DNA from: Pseudomonadota bacterium
Lineage (GTDB): Bacteria; Bdellovibrionota_B; Oligoflexia; Oligoflexales; CAIMVM01
Length of the DNA: 25,916 bases
Direction of reading: 5' to 3'
NCBI GenBank assembly: GCA_037142195.1
Contig: JBAXBA010000051.1
Location: forward strand, 1 to 25,916
Made by a program: the position numbers and the translations under genes. Positions 1 to 8,918 of this stretch are shown here, piece by piece. The stretch's first letter is position 1, and each line of letters starts with the position of its first letter. A model generated the notes under the pieces. The model worked only from the letters and a program-made list of their open reading frames with translations, had not been told where the DNA came from and made no database searches.

Positions 1-54
1 GAAAATGTCAGAGAAAATGTCAGAGAAAATGTCAGAGAAAATGTCAGAGAAAAT
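1..54. repeat. 12-bp tandem repeat (GAAAATGTCAGA) x4.5, truncated by window edge
   Basis: Exact copies at 1-12, 13-24, 25-36 and 37-48, plus GAAAAT at 49-54. Frame +1 reads (ENVR)n and stays open to TAA at 88-90. Confidence 0.95.
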
Positions 55-276
55 TTTATGACGCTAATCTCGCCACCATTGTCACGATAAACTGACTACT
101 TCACTGCGAAGTGTCGAGAATAGCGTGAAACTCAGCCTCAACTGCCATTTGTAGATTAATTTAGACCCAGAATTTTGGTGACAGGGGCATCAAATAAGTG
201 ATAGGCCGTCTCTTGTACGAGAGAAATTTTTTCGAAACAAATAAGGCCTTGTAAAGCCCCCATTGGGAGAAAATGG

Positions 277-846
277 ATGAGATTGAGAATAAAGCCAGAA
301 GGAATTTTTCAACTTAAGATAGCCCTGTCCGGGTCCAGCCCTCTTATCTGGCGTAGGGTCCTTGTGCCGTCAAATTTTAGTCTTAAAAAGCTCCATCAAG
401 TCATTCAAATCGTTATGGGCTGGCAGAATAGCCATCTTTATCTGTTTTTAATTGATAATGTCACTTATACAGAATATGAACTTGATTTTGAAGATGATTC
501 GGAAGTGAAGCCAGCCTCCATCAAGTTATCTAAGGTCTTTACCATCTCCTCTCAATTTACCTACGAGTATGATTTTGGGGATGGATGGGAACACAGTGTA
601 ACTCTAGAAAAATCTCTGGAGTTTGAAAATACCTATAGCTATCCAATTTGTATCGGCGGGGGAAATGCGTGCCCTCCTGAAGACTGCGGCGGCTTGCGCG
701 GCTACTATAATATGCTAAAGGAAATGAAAACTCCTAATGATGTCGAACATGAATCAACCAAAACATGGCTGGGAGGTTTTTTTGATCCGAGCACTTTTGA
801 TCCGAATAGGATTAATAGAGATATGCTTTGGGAAAAAAAATGGTGA
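277..846 (+). CDS. Plasmid pRiA4b ORF-3 family (MM3350-like) protein
   Basis: Family motifs IWRRVLVP, LHQVIQIVMGWQNSHLYLF, YEYDFGDGWEH and CIGGGNACPPEDCGG. GGGAGA lies upstream of the ATG. Confidence 0.92.
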   Translation: MRLRIKPEGIFQLKIALSGSSPLIWRRVLVPSNFSLKKLHQVIQIVMGWQNSHLYLFLIDNVTYTEYELDFEDDSEVKPASIKLSKVFTISSQFTYEYDFGDGWEHSVTLEKSLEFENTYSYPICIGGGNACPPEDCGGLRGYYNMLKEMKTPNDVEHESTKTWLGGFFDPSTFDPNRINRDMLWEKKW

Positions 847-930
847 TCTTAAAAAGGTGCTTTTAAAGGCGTTTCTGTTGGTGGTTTTTCTTTAAAAATT
901 CTGGTAAAAAATCTGTTGAATTCGTTTGTT

Positions 931-939
931 TGTTATAAT
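931..939 (+). promoter_or_regulatory. Putative extended -10 sigma70 promoter (TGnTATAAT)
   Basis: TGTTATAAT matches the extended -10 consensus exactly, in an AT-rich intergenic region upstream of the 1193 gene. No well-spaced -35 is present. Confidence 0.45.
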
Positions 940-1192
940 TTTGCTCAAGGACCCAACGTGCCAGTTTGATCCCGCCCAATGGGGGATTTCTTTAAAAAGT
1001 AAAACATTTGAGTGGCGGGATTGGAATTAGTATTTTACTTCATGAGTAATGGCGAAGCCTTCGTTATTAAGGATAGTTAAACTCTAAAAATAGGAAGGAC
1101 GACTTATTTTGTGGCGTTCTTTTTTTCATCGAAGAACTAGGGCTCTTTCTGTGGAAGGCTCAATAAAATAGAGAAAGGTAGGATTTATAGCA

Positions 1193-1915
1193 ATGGCAGA
1201 TTTTTCCGTACACCCATCAAATATTGGCCAAGCAGCCGCTGGGTTTATTGCATCCCTCAAATTAACAGCCAAATCTAAACGTCAATATGACGGCATTCTT
1301 GAGCTTTTTATTGAAAGTCTTAAGGGCGACTACTCAACCTGCCTCAAGCTGCCATCGGGAGCTTTCGTGCTTAGCGATGATTGGGATGAATTTTACGGGG
1401 GTGCTATCTCTGTTTTTCTCGACTGGTTCTTACCACGAAAGACGATGCTGTCTGATGATGAGATGAAAAGTGCACCGGGAATCCTAAGGAAATTTGTCGA
1501 TTGGAGCTTTCAGCAAGGTTATTTTGACAGGGATCGCTATGATGATTTTAGGGAGTCCCTGCCGAAAACTAAGGTGAGTGACATCCAACGCTTAAGAGAT
1601 CTCGAAGAAGGCCTTTATCTCTTGCATAGTCCCAATCCTGGAGCGTGGGTAAGGGGAGAATTCGATAACGTTGAAACTCTCACAGAAAGACGCCGGCCCG
1701 AGGCGCTTGAAGAGGGCTATATGACCTTTCTAGAAGGCCAAGGAGAGAGAGGCTATTTCCAACTAGAGCGTAAAAAGATCGGTCCTGTATTGCTTACGAC
1801 TAAGATAGTATCAGGATTTAAGCGCGGAGACATCGCAAACCTCACACTTGGCCGGTTTCAGAAGGTCTGGATGGTTCTTGAAACAGGCAATGTGTATCAA
1901 AAAGGGGTCTTTTAG
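1193..1915 (+). CDS. Conserved hypothetical protein (helical N-terminal half, beta-rich OB-like C-terminus)
   Basis: 240-aa ORF with a purine-rich RBS region (AAAGGTAGGA). It has a FLDWFLPRK...LRKFVDW helical block and a C-terminal IGPV...GD...LGR...WMVLETGNVY block. Fold assignments are inference. Confidence 0.75.
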   Translation: MADFSVHPSNIGQAAAGFIASLKLTAKSKRQYDGILELFIESLKGDYSTCLKLPSGAFVLSDDWDEFYGGAISVFLDWFLPRKTMLSDDEMKSAPGILRKFVDWSFQQGYFDRDRYDDFRESLPKTKVSDIQRLRDLEEGLYLLHSPNPGAWVRGEFDNVETLTERRRPEALEEGYMTFLEGQGERGYFQLERKKIGPVLLTTKIVSGFKRGDIANLTLGRFQKVWMVLETGNVYQKGVF

Positions 1916-2144
1916 AGGCCTGACCATTCTCTAGATCTCTAGAGTGCCCTTAACAAGGACGCCGCCTTGGGACATATGGTTGAAATCTGAACGATGGGTT
2001 AAAATGTATGAGATCGTTGGTTTTTTACAATATTGATTTTTATAGTGATTTTGATAAAAATATAGTTGTAAAAGTCAATTGAAAGGGAATAGGAAGTGGA
2101 GTTTTTTATGGGTTACTCAAAATCCTCTTGGGAGAGTTGAGGTA

Positions 2145-2465
2145 ATGGCGATTCCTGAAAAATATAGAGTCTGGATGGAAGCTCGAAAGCGGCACCATTT
2201 GAGCCATGCCCAAGTGCAAATGGCACGAGAGCTTGGTCTGAATCCAAAAAAGCTAGGACGTATCGACAATCACAAACAAGAGCTTTGGAAGGATCCACTG
2301 CCAGTGTTCATTCAAGATCTATATTTCAAAAGATACAAGAGGGCCCTTCCTCTTAAGGTCTTGTCCATGGAAGAGTGGGCCCGAGAAAAGGCTAGTAAGA
2401 AGGAAGAAAAGCGGAAAGCATCTCAATTACAGCAAGTCGTACAAAAGGAGTTCCAAAATGCTTGA
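2145..2465 (+). CDS. Small basic conserved hypothetical protein (106 aa)
   Basis: ATG at 2145 is preceded by GAGG and preferred over the TTG at 2079. WMEARKRHHLSHAQVQMARELGLNPKKLGRIDNHKQELWKDPLPVFIQDLYFKRY resembles a widespread uncharacterised family. Overlaps the next gene by 8 nt. Confidence 0.8.
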   Translation: MAIPEKYRVWMEARKRHHLSHAQVQMARELGLNPKKLGRIDNHKQELWKDPLPVFIQDLYFKRYKRALPLKVLSMEEWAREKASKKEEKRKASQLQQVVQKEFQNA

Positions 2466-3264
2466 TCGTCCGAAAACAGGTGTATTAGACCGTTTGAATT
2501 CTCAAGGGAAAAAACTTTCAAATCTACCGCATGAATTTATGCAGCAGCTTCAGAGTTTTGAGAAAGTAATTGAGGAAGAATTTCGCGCTAATGATGAACA
2601 GGGCGGAGTTATCGCCGCGATTCAGAATTCTTTTTTGATGGTACAAATTTTAGCTGCGGCCCATTCGCTTGATAAAAAGTTTCTACCCCTAAAAAAATGT
2701 ATTGATGATATCTCAAAGAGATTCGGCGATGATGAATCCTTTCAAGACGATATCCTTTTGTTCTCATGGATTTATTTTAATTTTCCGGCAACCCAAGGTG
2801 GAAAACCTATTGGATATGAAATTGCTCAGGATCGGCCTGAATTGAAACCTTTTCTCGATGCTGCGCTTGATTCTAGGCTGGGGATTTTTGAAATTACTAA
2901 AAGCTCTACGGAAGAATGCCATCTGCGTGAGCTTTTTACAGGCAAGCAATGGAAATTAAGTCATGGATTGGATTTACGAGGAGATAGCATGGACAGATGT
3001 CTTGTTTTTGCAAGACCAATGCATGCTTTTGGGCAACAGTTTATCTTTGGGGATTATTTCGTGTTTCCTTCCGCAAGGCGGCCCGCAATAGAAGACTCCA
3101 TCAGAGAAAAAATGAAGACCAGTTTTTTTCATGAGAATGATGTGGTTTCTTATGAAACATTTATGACTTTGGGGGCACCCTATTGGTTTACCATCTTCGC
3201 CAAAAGTGATAATTGCGGTATTTTAGCAGCGGACCACTATCTTCAATATTACAAGAAAAAGTGA
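2458..3264 (+). CDS. Hypothetical protein, paralogue A of the 6240-7028 gene
   Basis: 268-aa ORF with RBS AAGGAG at 2445-2450. Shares collinear motifs with 6240-7028: PLxxC, RFG..SFxD, SRLG, LxExFT, AR, FxFG, KM, YExFM...PYW. Confidence 0.8.
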   Translation: MLDRPKTGVLDRLNSQGKKLSNLPHEFMQQLQSFEKVIEEEFRANDEQGGVIAAIQNSFLMVQILAAAHSLDKKFLPLKKCIDDISKRFGDDESFQDDILLFSWIYFNFPATQGGKPIGYEIAQDRPELKPFLDAALDSRLGIFEITKSSTEECHLRELFTGKQWKLSHGLDLRGDSMDRCLVFARPMHAFGQQFIFGDYFVFPSARRPAIEDSIREKMKTSFFHENDVVSYETFMTLGAPYWFTIFAKSDNCGILAADHYLQYYKKK

Positions 3265-3278
3265 GAGAAGTTACACCA

Positions 3279-3312
3279 CTAAGTCTAGGAAACCAAACTC
3301 CTTAAGATTTAG
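3279..3312. terminator. Interrupted hairpin between convergent genes, possible terminator
   Basis: CTAAGTCT-AGGA / TCCT-(TA)-AGATTTAG stem between the stops at 3264 (+) and 3343 (-). No clear U-tract. Confidence 0.3.
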
Positions 3313-3342
3313 CGGTGCCTGAATTCAAATATAGAAATTTTA

Positions 3343-5607
3343 CTAAAGTTTCTTTTTAAGTTCATTCCATGCGGCCTTAGCCGCTTTTTTTTCAGCTTCT
3401 TCCATCTTAATCAGGTTGTCGGTCTTGGCTAAAACCAGCTTCTGGGGTGACCCTTGACGAAGGGTCACGTGAGTTACGGGCAGGGCGGATTCTTCGAGGA
3501 CAGTGTGTATATGCTGTCTGCGATTTTTAGCTAAAGGCCAGCTATAGGTTTGGAGTTTTGGACTTGCTAAAAACTCTTTCAAATGTTTGCAGTCTTGGCA
3601 TTTGCAGGATGGCATGGTTGTGATGGTCCAGTCATTTGGAGGGCGTTTTGTCGAGATAATTTGAGTCAGACGTTCTATGGTCGTGGCCTCGAGATTCTTC
3701 CTGAGGGTTAAGGGGAAGCCGGCCTCCCGTAACTCCAAACATAGCTGTGCTGTGGAGACTGCCGAATAAATTTCTTGGTTTTTCATTATATGATTGACGA
3801 TATTTGAAGCTATTTCCGCATGCGGGGCAGCTCCTTGTAGGAGTTCAGATACCAACTTCATATGTTTTGGTTTTTCAGCAAGAAAATCTTTTCGAGATAA
3901 TTTTTGCCGACTTTTGTCTATGCCTATTATTCGCTCGCTTTGATAGGTCAAAAGCCAAGTTGAAATACTTTTATATTTAACATTCCATGCCTCAGCTAAT
4001 TTTTTTAGATCGTGGATTGTATTTTGACTGCGGTGTTCTTTTTTAGATAGGCCATGAAGCACTTCGATAAACCAATCTTCCCCGTAAGCTGCTATAAGTG
4101 TTGCGATTTTTGTCAGATTCTTCCCTTTGATTAACTCAAGATCAAAATTCAAAAGAATTTTTTGTGCTAATTGGGGTTCTTTAGATTTCAGCGCAATGTC
4201 AAATACTAATTGTGTTTCTTTGGGTTCACTTGTTGTCAGTCTTTTAATATGGGGAGCGAGGAGCTTTAAGTTTTCTTGACCATTTGCTAAATCATCTTTT
4301 AATTGCTCCGAAAGAGCCTTCAACACCGATGTTGGCGCTAGTTGGAATCTGCTCAAGATGTCGGTGGTTTTAGGCCAAAGAATGATGGCGGCTCTATGAT
4401 ACCACTTGTCTAAAGTGTCACCATAATTCCCCATGTAACCTTCATACTCGGTATTAGTAGGTTTAAAGGTATCATTTGCTTTAGACCAACAAACCATTTC
4501 ATCATTGACGTATTTGGGATTAAAATCACAACGCTTTCCATCTTCGCTCACCCAGTGGTCAAGGGTGGTTTCGTGGAGGATGAGCTCTTCGCCCTCCATG
4601 GTTTCTGGGTCGTCTGAGGATTCTTCTGTTTCATCATCGTAATCCTCATCGTCTTCATCGTCCCAGAAGCGACCAGACTCTCTATAATTAAAATCGAAGT
4701 CTTGTTCTACGGACCATGACTCATGAACGTCGGCAAGAGCTAAATGGGCTACGAGTCCGAGCTCCTTGGCTGCCGCAAGAAATTGAGCTGCTGAGTCTCG
4801 GTCAGCACCTTTGAGGCCCTTCCAGCTGAGGCTTTTTTGTGTGTATTGATGATTAAAGAGATAGACCAGCCAGCGGGGGCTAGCTTGTTGCCAAGAGTTA
4901 TTACTTGTGCCGAAATAGCTTTTGATGCTTTTAGATAGCCCAACATTTGGTGACTTAGAAAGTTGCTTAGGCACTCCTTCTAGGACAAGATTATAAGTAA
5001 GTGCGATGCGATGTCCTGCTGTGACTTTGGTGATTTCATGGTGGCAGTCCGCATAGAAGGCTATATAGGTAAGCTTAGTCCTCGTGTAATGATTGGCAAC
5101 ATATGTGCGTTTGTCACCGTGCTGGTCGATATTAAGGGAACCTCCGCTGAACTTGGAGGGGAGTATGACCACAAGCGTGGCTACCATGCCGTCATATTTT
5201 TCAGTGTCTTGGTGAGGGGCGAAAAATTGCCCTTTTTCGTATAGGAGTAAATTATGAAGATGGGCAGACAGGTGGCTTCCTATTGGCATATTGAGATCTT
5301 TATGGACGGTTTCAAGGACGCTTTTGAGCTTCTGATCCCATAGGGGAGTGACAATGCTGATTTTGTTTGCCACAATTTCCCATACGTTGCGCACAGAAGG
5401 GTCGTATAGGGTTTTGTCTTTTTTGCCGAATTTGGCAGGCTTTGCTACGGATAGGAGTGACTTTGCGGACTTTGGCGAGATGGGTAACTTTATCATGCCG
5501 ACACCATCTACCTTTAGCTCAAATTTTCCTACTTCAGTTCTAATTTGCGTGCAAAATCCGTCCTGCTTGCTCTTGCCCATCAATTGTTTGATTACCGTCT
5601 CTAGCAT
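3343..5607 (-). CDS. 2OG-Fe(II) oxygenase superfamily protein, large multidomain
   Basis: HxD (FFAPHQDTEK), distal His (AFYADCHHE) and 2OG-binding Arg (GHRIALTYNL). Acidic tract DDEDDEDYDDETEE, GYMGNYG motif and C-terminal CKCQDC. RBS AAGGAG upstream. Confidence 0.9.
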   Translation of the reverse strand: MLETVIKQLMGKSKQDGFCTQIRTEVGKFELKVDGVGMIKLPISPKSAKSLLSVAKPAKFGKKDKTLYDPSVRNVWEIVANKISIVTPLWDQKLKSVLETVHKDLNMPIGSHLSAHLHNLLLYEKGQFFAPHQDTEKYDGMVATLVVILPSKFSGGSLNIDQHGDKRTYVANHYTRTKLTYIAFYADCHHEITKVTAGHRIALTYNLVLEGVPKQLSKSPNVGLSKSIKSYFGTSNNSWQQASPRWLVYLFNHQYTQKSLSWKGLKGADRDSAAQFLAAAKELGLVAHLALADVHESWSVEQDFDFNYRESGRFWDDEDDEDYDDETEESSDDPETMEGEELILHETTLDHWVSEDGKRCDFNPKYVNDEMVCWSKANDTFKPTNTEYEGYMGNYGDTLDKWYHRAAIILWPKTTDILSRFQLAPTSVLKALSEQLKDDLANGQENLKLLAPHIKRLTTSEPKETQLVFDIALKSKEPQLAQKILLNFDLELIKGKNLTKIATLIAAYGEDWFIEVLHGLSKKEHRSQNTIHDLKKLAEAWNVKYKSISTWLLTYQSERIIGIDKSRQKLSRKDFLAEKPKHMKLVSELLQGAAPHAEIASNIVNHIMKNQEIYSAVSTAQLCLELREAGFPLTLRKNLEATTIERLTQIISTKRPPNDWTITTMPSCKCQDCKHLKEFLASPKLQTYSWPLAKNRRQHIHTVLEESALPVTHVTLRQGSPQKLVLAKTDNLIKMEEAEKKAAKAAWNELKKKL

Positions 5608-6104
5608 ATGCCATGTCTCCTTGTTGGAACTTATGTATCAAAGGGAGGCCTTGGGAGCCAGACTATTTTGGAACTGATGTTTAGTCCTTGATGCTTTGTC
5701 CCGCGCATTCTTTAGGGTCCTTTGGCCTCTCAGAGGGGCGACTGCAATGTTTTGCTTAAAACAAGTAATGAAGCGGCATGACCCCAACTTTTTACGCTTC
5801 TAACCTTGCCCCATCTTTTTAAGAACAAGGCAGACCCGCCTAGACTGCCGATTTAGTTAAGTGTAAAGAATGAATCTAGATGACCCTAGCCTTCAGAGTG
5901 TGCTTTCTGCCTTTGTTGGACCTATCACATGGTCCGCTGGGTCGTATTTTTAAAAGTTTGCTAATTCTGACAAGATACGTCAGTTCGAGGCAACTTAGGG
6001 GACTGTTTTTAGACCCCCTTCAGAAAGTTGATGGGCTTAGTTGAGGGAGGAACTGGAGAGTTCTAGAAAAATCCTTATCAAGCCCAAATCACGCTCACTT
6101 TAAC

Positions 6105-6149
6105 AAAAAAGTTCGGTGGAATTCTTTGATAGAAAAATTCCACCGAACT
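6105..6149 (-). terminator. Rho-independent terminator of the DUF1186 / paralogue B operon
   Basis: Perfect 14-bp inverted repeat AGTTCGGTGGAATT (6110-6123) / AATTCCACCGAACT (6136-6149), followed on the minus strand by a T-tract, about 90 nt after the stop at 6240. Confidence 0.8.
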
Positions 6150-6239
6150 GATTCTGAAAAATATCACCCATTAAATAAAAAGTGCAGATTCTCTACTTTT
6201 TGGCACTGGAAATTGTCATGCGGCTTTCTAAAGTATTCT

Positions 6240-7028
6240 TCAGTAAGCGTTATTAATGTCGTCATAGAAATCAGGCATGATAACGTCAGCAAAATAATCT
6301 GCTTCCCCCACAATAGACATCCAATAAGGTCCCGATATTTTCATGAATTTTTCGTACCGCGTAGACAGTAGGGACTCAGATTCCTTTTTAGTAACTTCTA
6401 AGCAATACAAAGACATTTTATCTAACATCATATTAAATATTTGGCTTTTATTTTCAGAAGGCCAGCAATGGGTCTCACCAAAGAGAAATTTATGGTCCCC
6501 TGCCGTCAATACTCTTGCCAAACAGATTTGGCCTTTCTCAGGCTCCTCTAACTTATGAAAGACCGAAATCACCTTGTCGGTAAAAAACTCCTGAAGAGTA
6601 AGAAAATCATTATTTATATCGAGGATCTGATAAACTCCAAGCCGAGAGCGGGCTATTTGATCTCCAAAATCTCGTAGATCTTCAGGTCCATCTGATATTA
6701 TTTTCTCGGCTAAGCTCAAGTTTTGTTTTCCAAATTGAAAGTCAGCAAGTATACAACAAGCCATAAAGACTTCATCGCTAAAGCTATCTCCAAATCTCTC
6801 CTCTAGCTCTTTCCAACATTGGGTCAAAGGTGGAAATTCATCTGTATGAATGGAGCACATGCTTAGAATGAAAAATTGGCGCCAATTATGAATGGCTTCT
6901 GTGAAATATTTGGGCCCCGGAAGGTCTTCTAAAAGATACCCGTTAAGTTGTGATAGAATATCCTTAAGGTGCAATTCGCTATTAAAATCGTCAGAGAATT
7001 CATTGGGGAAGAGTGACTTGTCATTCAT
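6240..7028 (-). CDS. Hypothetical protein, paralogue B of the 2458-3264 gene
   Basis: ATG at 7028 with RBS AAAGGA, 1 nt after the upstream TAA. 262 aa, with motifs collinear with 2458-3264. Confidence 0.8.
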   Translation of the reverse strand: MNDKSLFPNEFSDDFNSELHLKDILSQLNGYLLEDLPGPKYFTEAIHNWRQFFILSMCSIHTDEFPPLTQCWKELEERFGDSFSDEVFMACCILADFQFGKQNLSLAEKIISDGPEDLRDFGDQIARSRLGVYQILDINNDFLTLQEFFTDKVISVFHKLEEPEKGQICLARVLTAGDHKFLFGETHCWPSENKSQIFNMMLDKMSLYCLEVTKKESESLLSTRYEKFMKISGPYWMSIVGEADYFADVIMPDFYDDINNAY

Positions 7029-7029
7029 T

Positions 7030-8634
7030 TTATATAGTCCTTTCTTCAAGTTGTAAGATCTCTTTTTTAAGATTCTCAATGATGTCCGCTATTTCGTCTT
7101 TGTGGGCATCAGAATCGGCGTACTCTAGAGCTTTTTCATACCAAGTGAGAGCCTCAGAAAGTGGGGCAGAGCGAAGTTTAGTCAGTTCTGCCATAACAGT
7201 ATAACCTTCCATGTAATGGGGCCATTCCTCAATGATGCTCTGCGCTATAGATTCTGCTTCTTCCTCTTCACCAGCGAAATGCCCAACTATAGCCATCTTT
7301 GATTTTAAATAACGAGCGCTCCCACCAAAGTTATCCACGCCATAACTTAAAACTTCCCGAAAGAATATCAAACCTTTTTCGGCATCTGATCTATGAATCA
7401 TGGCTGCTTGAAGAAAAGCAAATTCAAGCTTGTGTAAAAATTCATTTAAATCAACTTCAAATCTATAGACCCGCCTGATGTATTCCAAACTAGGAATTAA
7501 AGGATCGATTTTGACTTTAAGAAGATCCCAAGCTTTGAGTAAATGCTCGCATACTAGACTAAAGTATGGATACGCGTCGTATCCACGGGAGATGTGCCTT
7601 TCCACTTCCTTAACATACTGCTGTTGAAGGGTATCTTCTTTTAAGGCGGCAGCTTCCTTTTCGGTTTGCAAAGGTAGGCAGCACTTCTTATATTTTTTTC
7701 CGCTCAGGCAATAACATGGATCATTGCGCCCCAATTTAGGGAGGGTTCTTTCAAGCGGTGGGATGGGGGCGAGGTCAAAATCAAATTCTGATTCCTTGTC
7801 TTTGGGCATTAATTTGCGCTTAAAAGTTCCCTTGTCTTTGGGCTTTTCTTCTTTGAAGCCATGCCATGAAGACATCTCAACTATGGGGTCAGAAAGGTGT
7901 TTGAAGTGAGAAGCTTTTTCTACATAATTGATTCTTTTTTGGTACTCTATGGAAAATTCCGCCCTAATTTCCATATTGCCACTAAAGCTTACATCCAATT
8001 CAGCGGGATCAATAATTTCAGTCAGCTTGGCGAGAAGTTGCTCATCCTTTAGTATATAGCAGGCATCTTCCAATTCGAGAATCATCGAAGTATCATCTTC
8101 TTTGGTATTTTCTAAAATCTGGCTGACGAAGTTAGCCAGCTCTTCCCGGGTTATATTTTTCCAATGATAGAGAACTATAAATGTTCTGAATACGGATGCC
8201 CTTACAAACTCATCTAACTGGGCGTCTAAAATGATGGGCTTGAAACTTTCAAAATCACCATTATACGTGGAGGCTAAAATTCGATGCAAACTCTCAGTGA
8301 TGCAGTCTCCCAAAAGTTCGTCAGTATATTCAATCGGTTGTTTGCAAATGGCAAGAATAGGCTCCAGTGCACTTGTTTCTCGAAAATAAGATAAAGTATA
8401 GATAGAAAACATGGTTAAAAACCATTCGTCTCGATCCAAGGATCCCTTTAGATCAAGGGCAGCTTTTTTTAATTCCCTAAGGAGTAGAGGTGTGATTTCT
8501 GTCTTTAATTCCAAGGCTCGCTTAGCATCAGCGAATGGAAAAGCGACTTCATCATAGGTCCGTAAGCGCTCGATTAAAGCCTCTGCCTCATCTATGTTAT
8601 GTTTCTCGATATTCTCATGGCGTCGGATTTCCAT
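7030..8634 (-). CDS. DUF1186-domain protein with SEC-C zinc motif and C-terminal TPR-like helices
   Basis: Start at 8634 (GGAG at 8641-8644). N-terminal FP...ITPLLL...LGDCITESLHRILAS...LDEFVRAS is typical of DUF1186. SEC-C motif KLGRNDPCYCLSGKKYKKCC. Helical C-terminus (EALTWYEKALE). Confidence 0.85.
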   Translation of the reverse strand: MEIRRHENIEKHNIDEAEALIERLRTYDEVAFPFADAKRALELKTEITPLLLRELKKAALDLKGSLDRDEWFLTMFSIYTLSYFRETSALEPILAICKQPIEYTDELLGDCITESLHRILASTYNGDFESFKPIILDAQLDEFVRASVFRTFIVLYHWKNITREELANFVSQILENTKEDDTSMILELEDACYILKDEQLLAKLTEIIDPAELDVSFSGNMEIRAEFSIEYQKRINYVEKASHFKHLSDPIVEMSSWHGFKEEKPKDKGTFKRKLMPKDKESEFDFDLAPIPPLERTLPKLGRNDPCYCLSGKKYKKCCLPLQTEKEAAALKEDTLQQQYVKEVERHISRGYDAYPYFSLVCEHLLKAWDLLKVKIDPLIPSLEYIRRVYRFEVDLNEFLHKLEFAFLQAAMIHRSDAEKGLIFFREVLSYGVDNFGGSARYLKSKMAIVGHFAGEEEEAESIAQSIIEEWPHYMEGYTVMAELTKLRSAPLSEALTWYEKALEYADSDAHKDEIADIIENLKKEILQLEERTI

Positions 8635-8918
8635 GGTTTTCTCCAAATATAGTAGATTGAGTCTTGATCTTAATTCAGGTGAGTAGATTGTCCATATTCT
8701 AAATAAGGTGCCCCCAAAAAAACCGCGCTTAAAAGCTCCATTCCGCAGGATGGGCTTCTTTAAACACAAGCATCCATTATAAGCACTTCTTCCTGATTTC
8801 TAATGGGACAACGCCTCAAAAGGAAGCAAGCCTCAAGTAAGCTGAAATCAAGCGTTAAATCTATACAAGACCGCGGGTGTTCCTTGAAAATCGAATATTG
8901 CAATTGCTTTCAATCATT

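Noticed and set aside
1..54. Tandem repeat as a CRISPR array
   Set aside because: Units are 12 bp, contiguous, with no spacers and no cas genes.
1193..1915. Functional tyrosine integrase / mobile element
   Set aside because: No catalytic R-H-R-Y domain, and no att sites or terminal repeats seen.
8635..8769. N-terminal extensions in the ORF track (also 2079, 7079, 13248, 13724, 15553, 19958, 22620, 22778, 25637)
   Set aside because: Downstream ATGs have clear RBSs or ATGA coupling and match where the recognisable domains begin.
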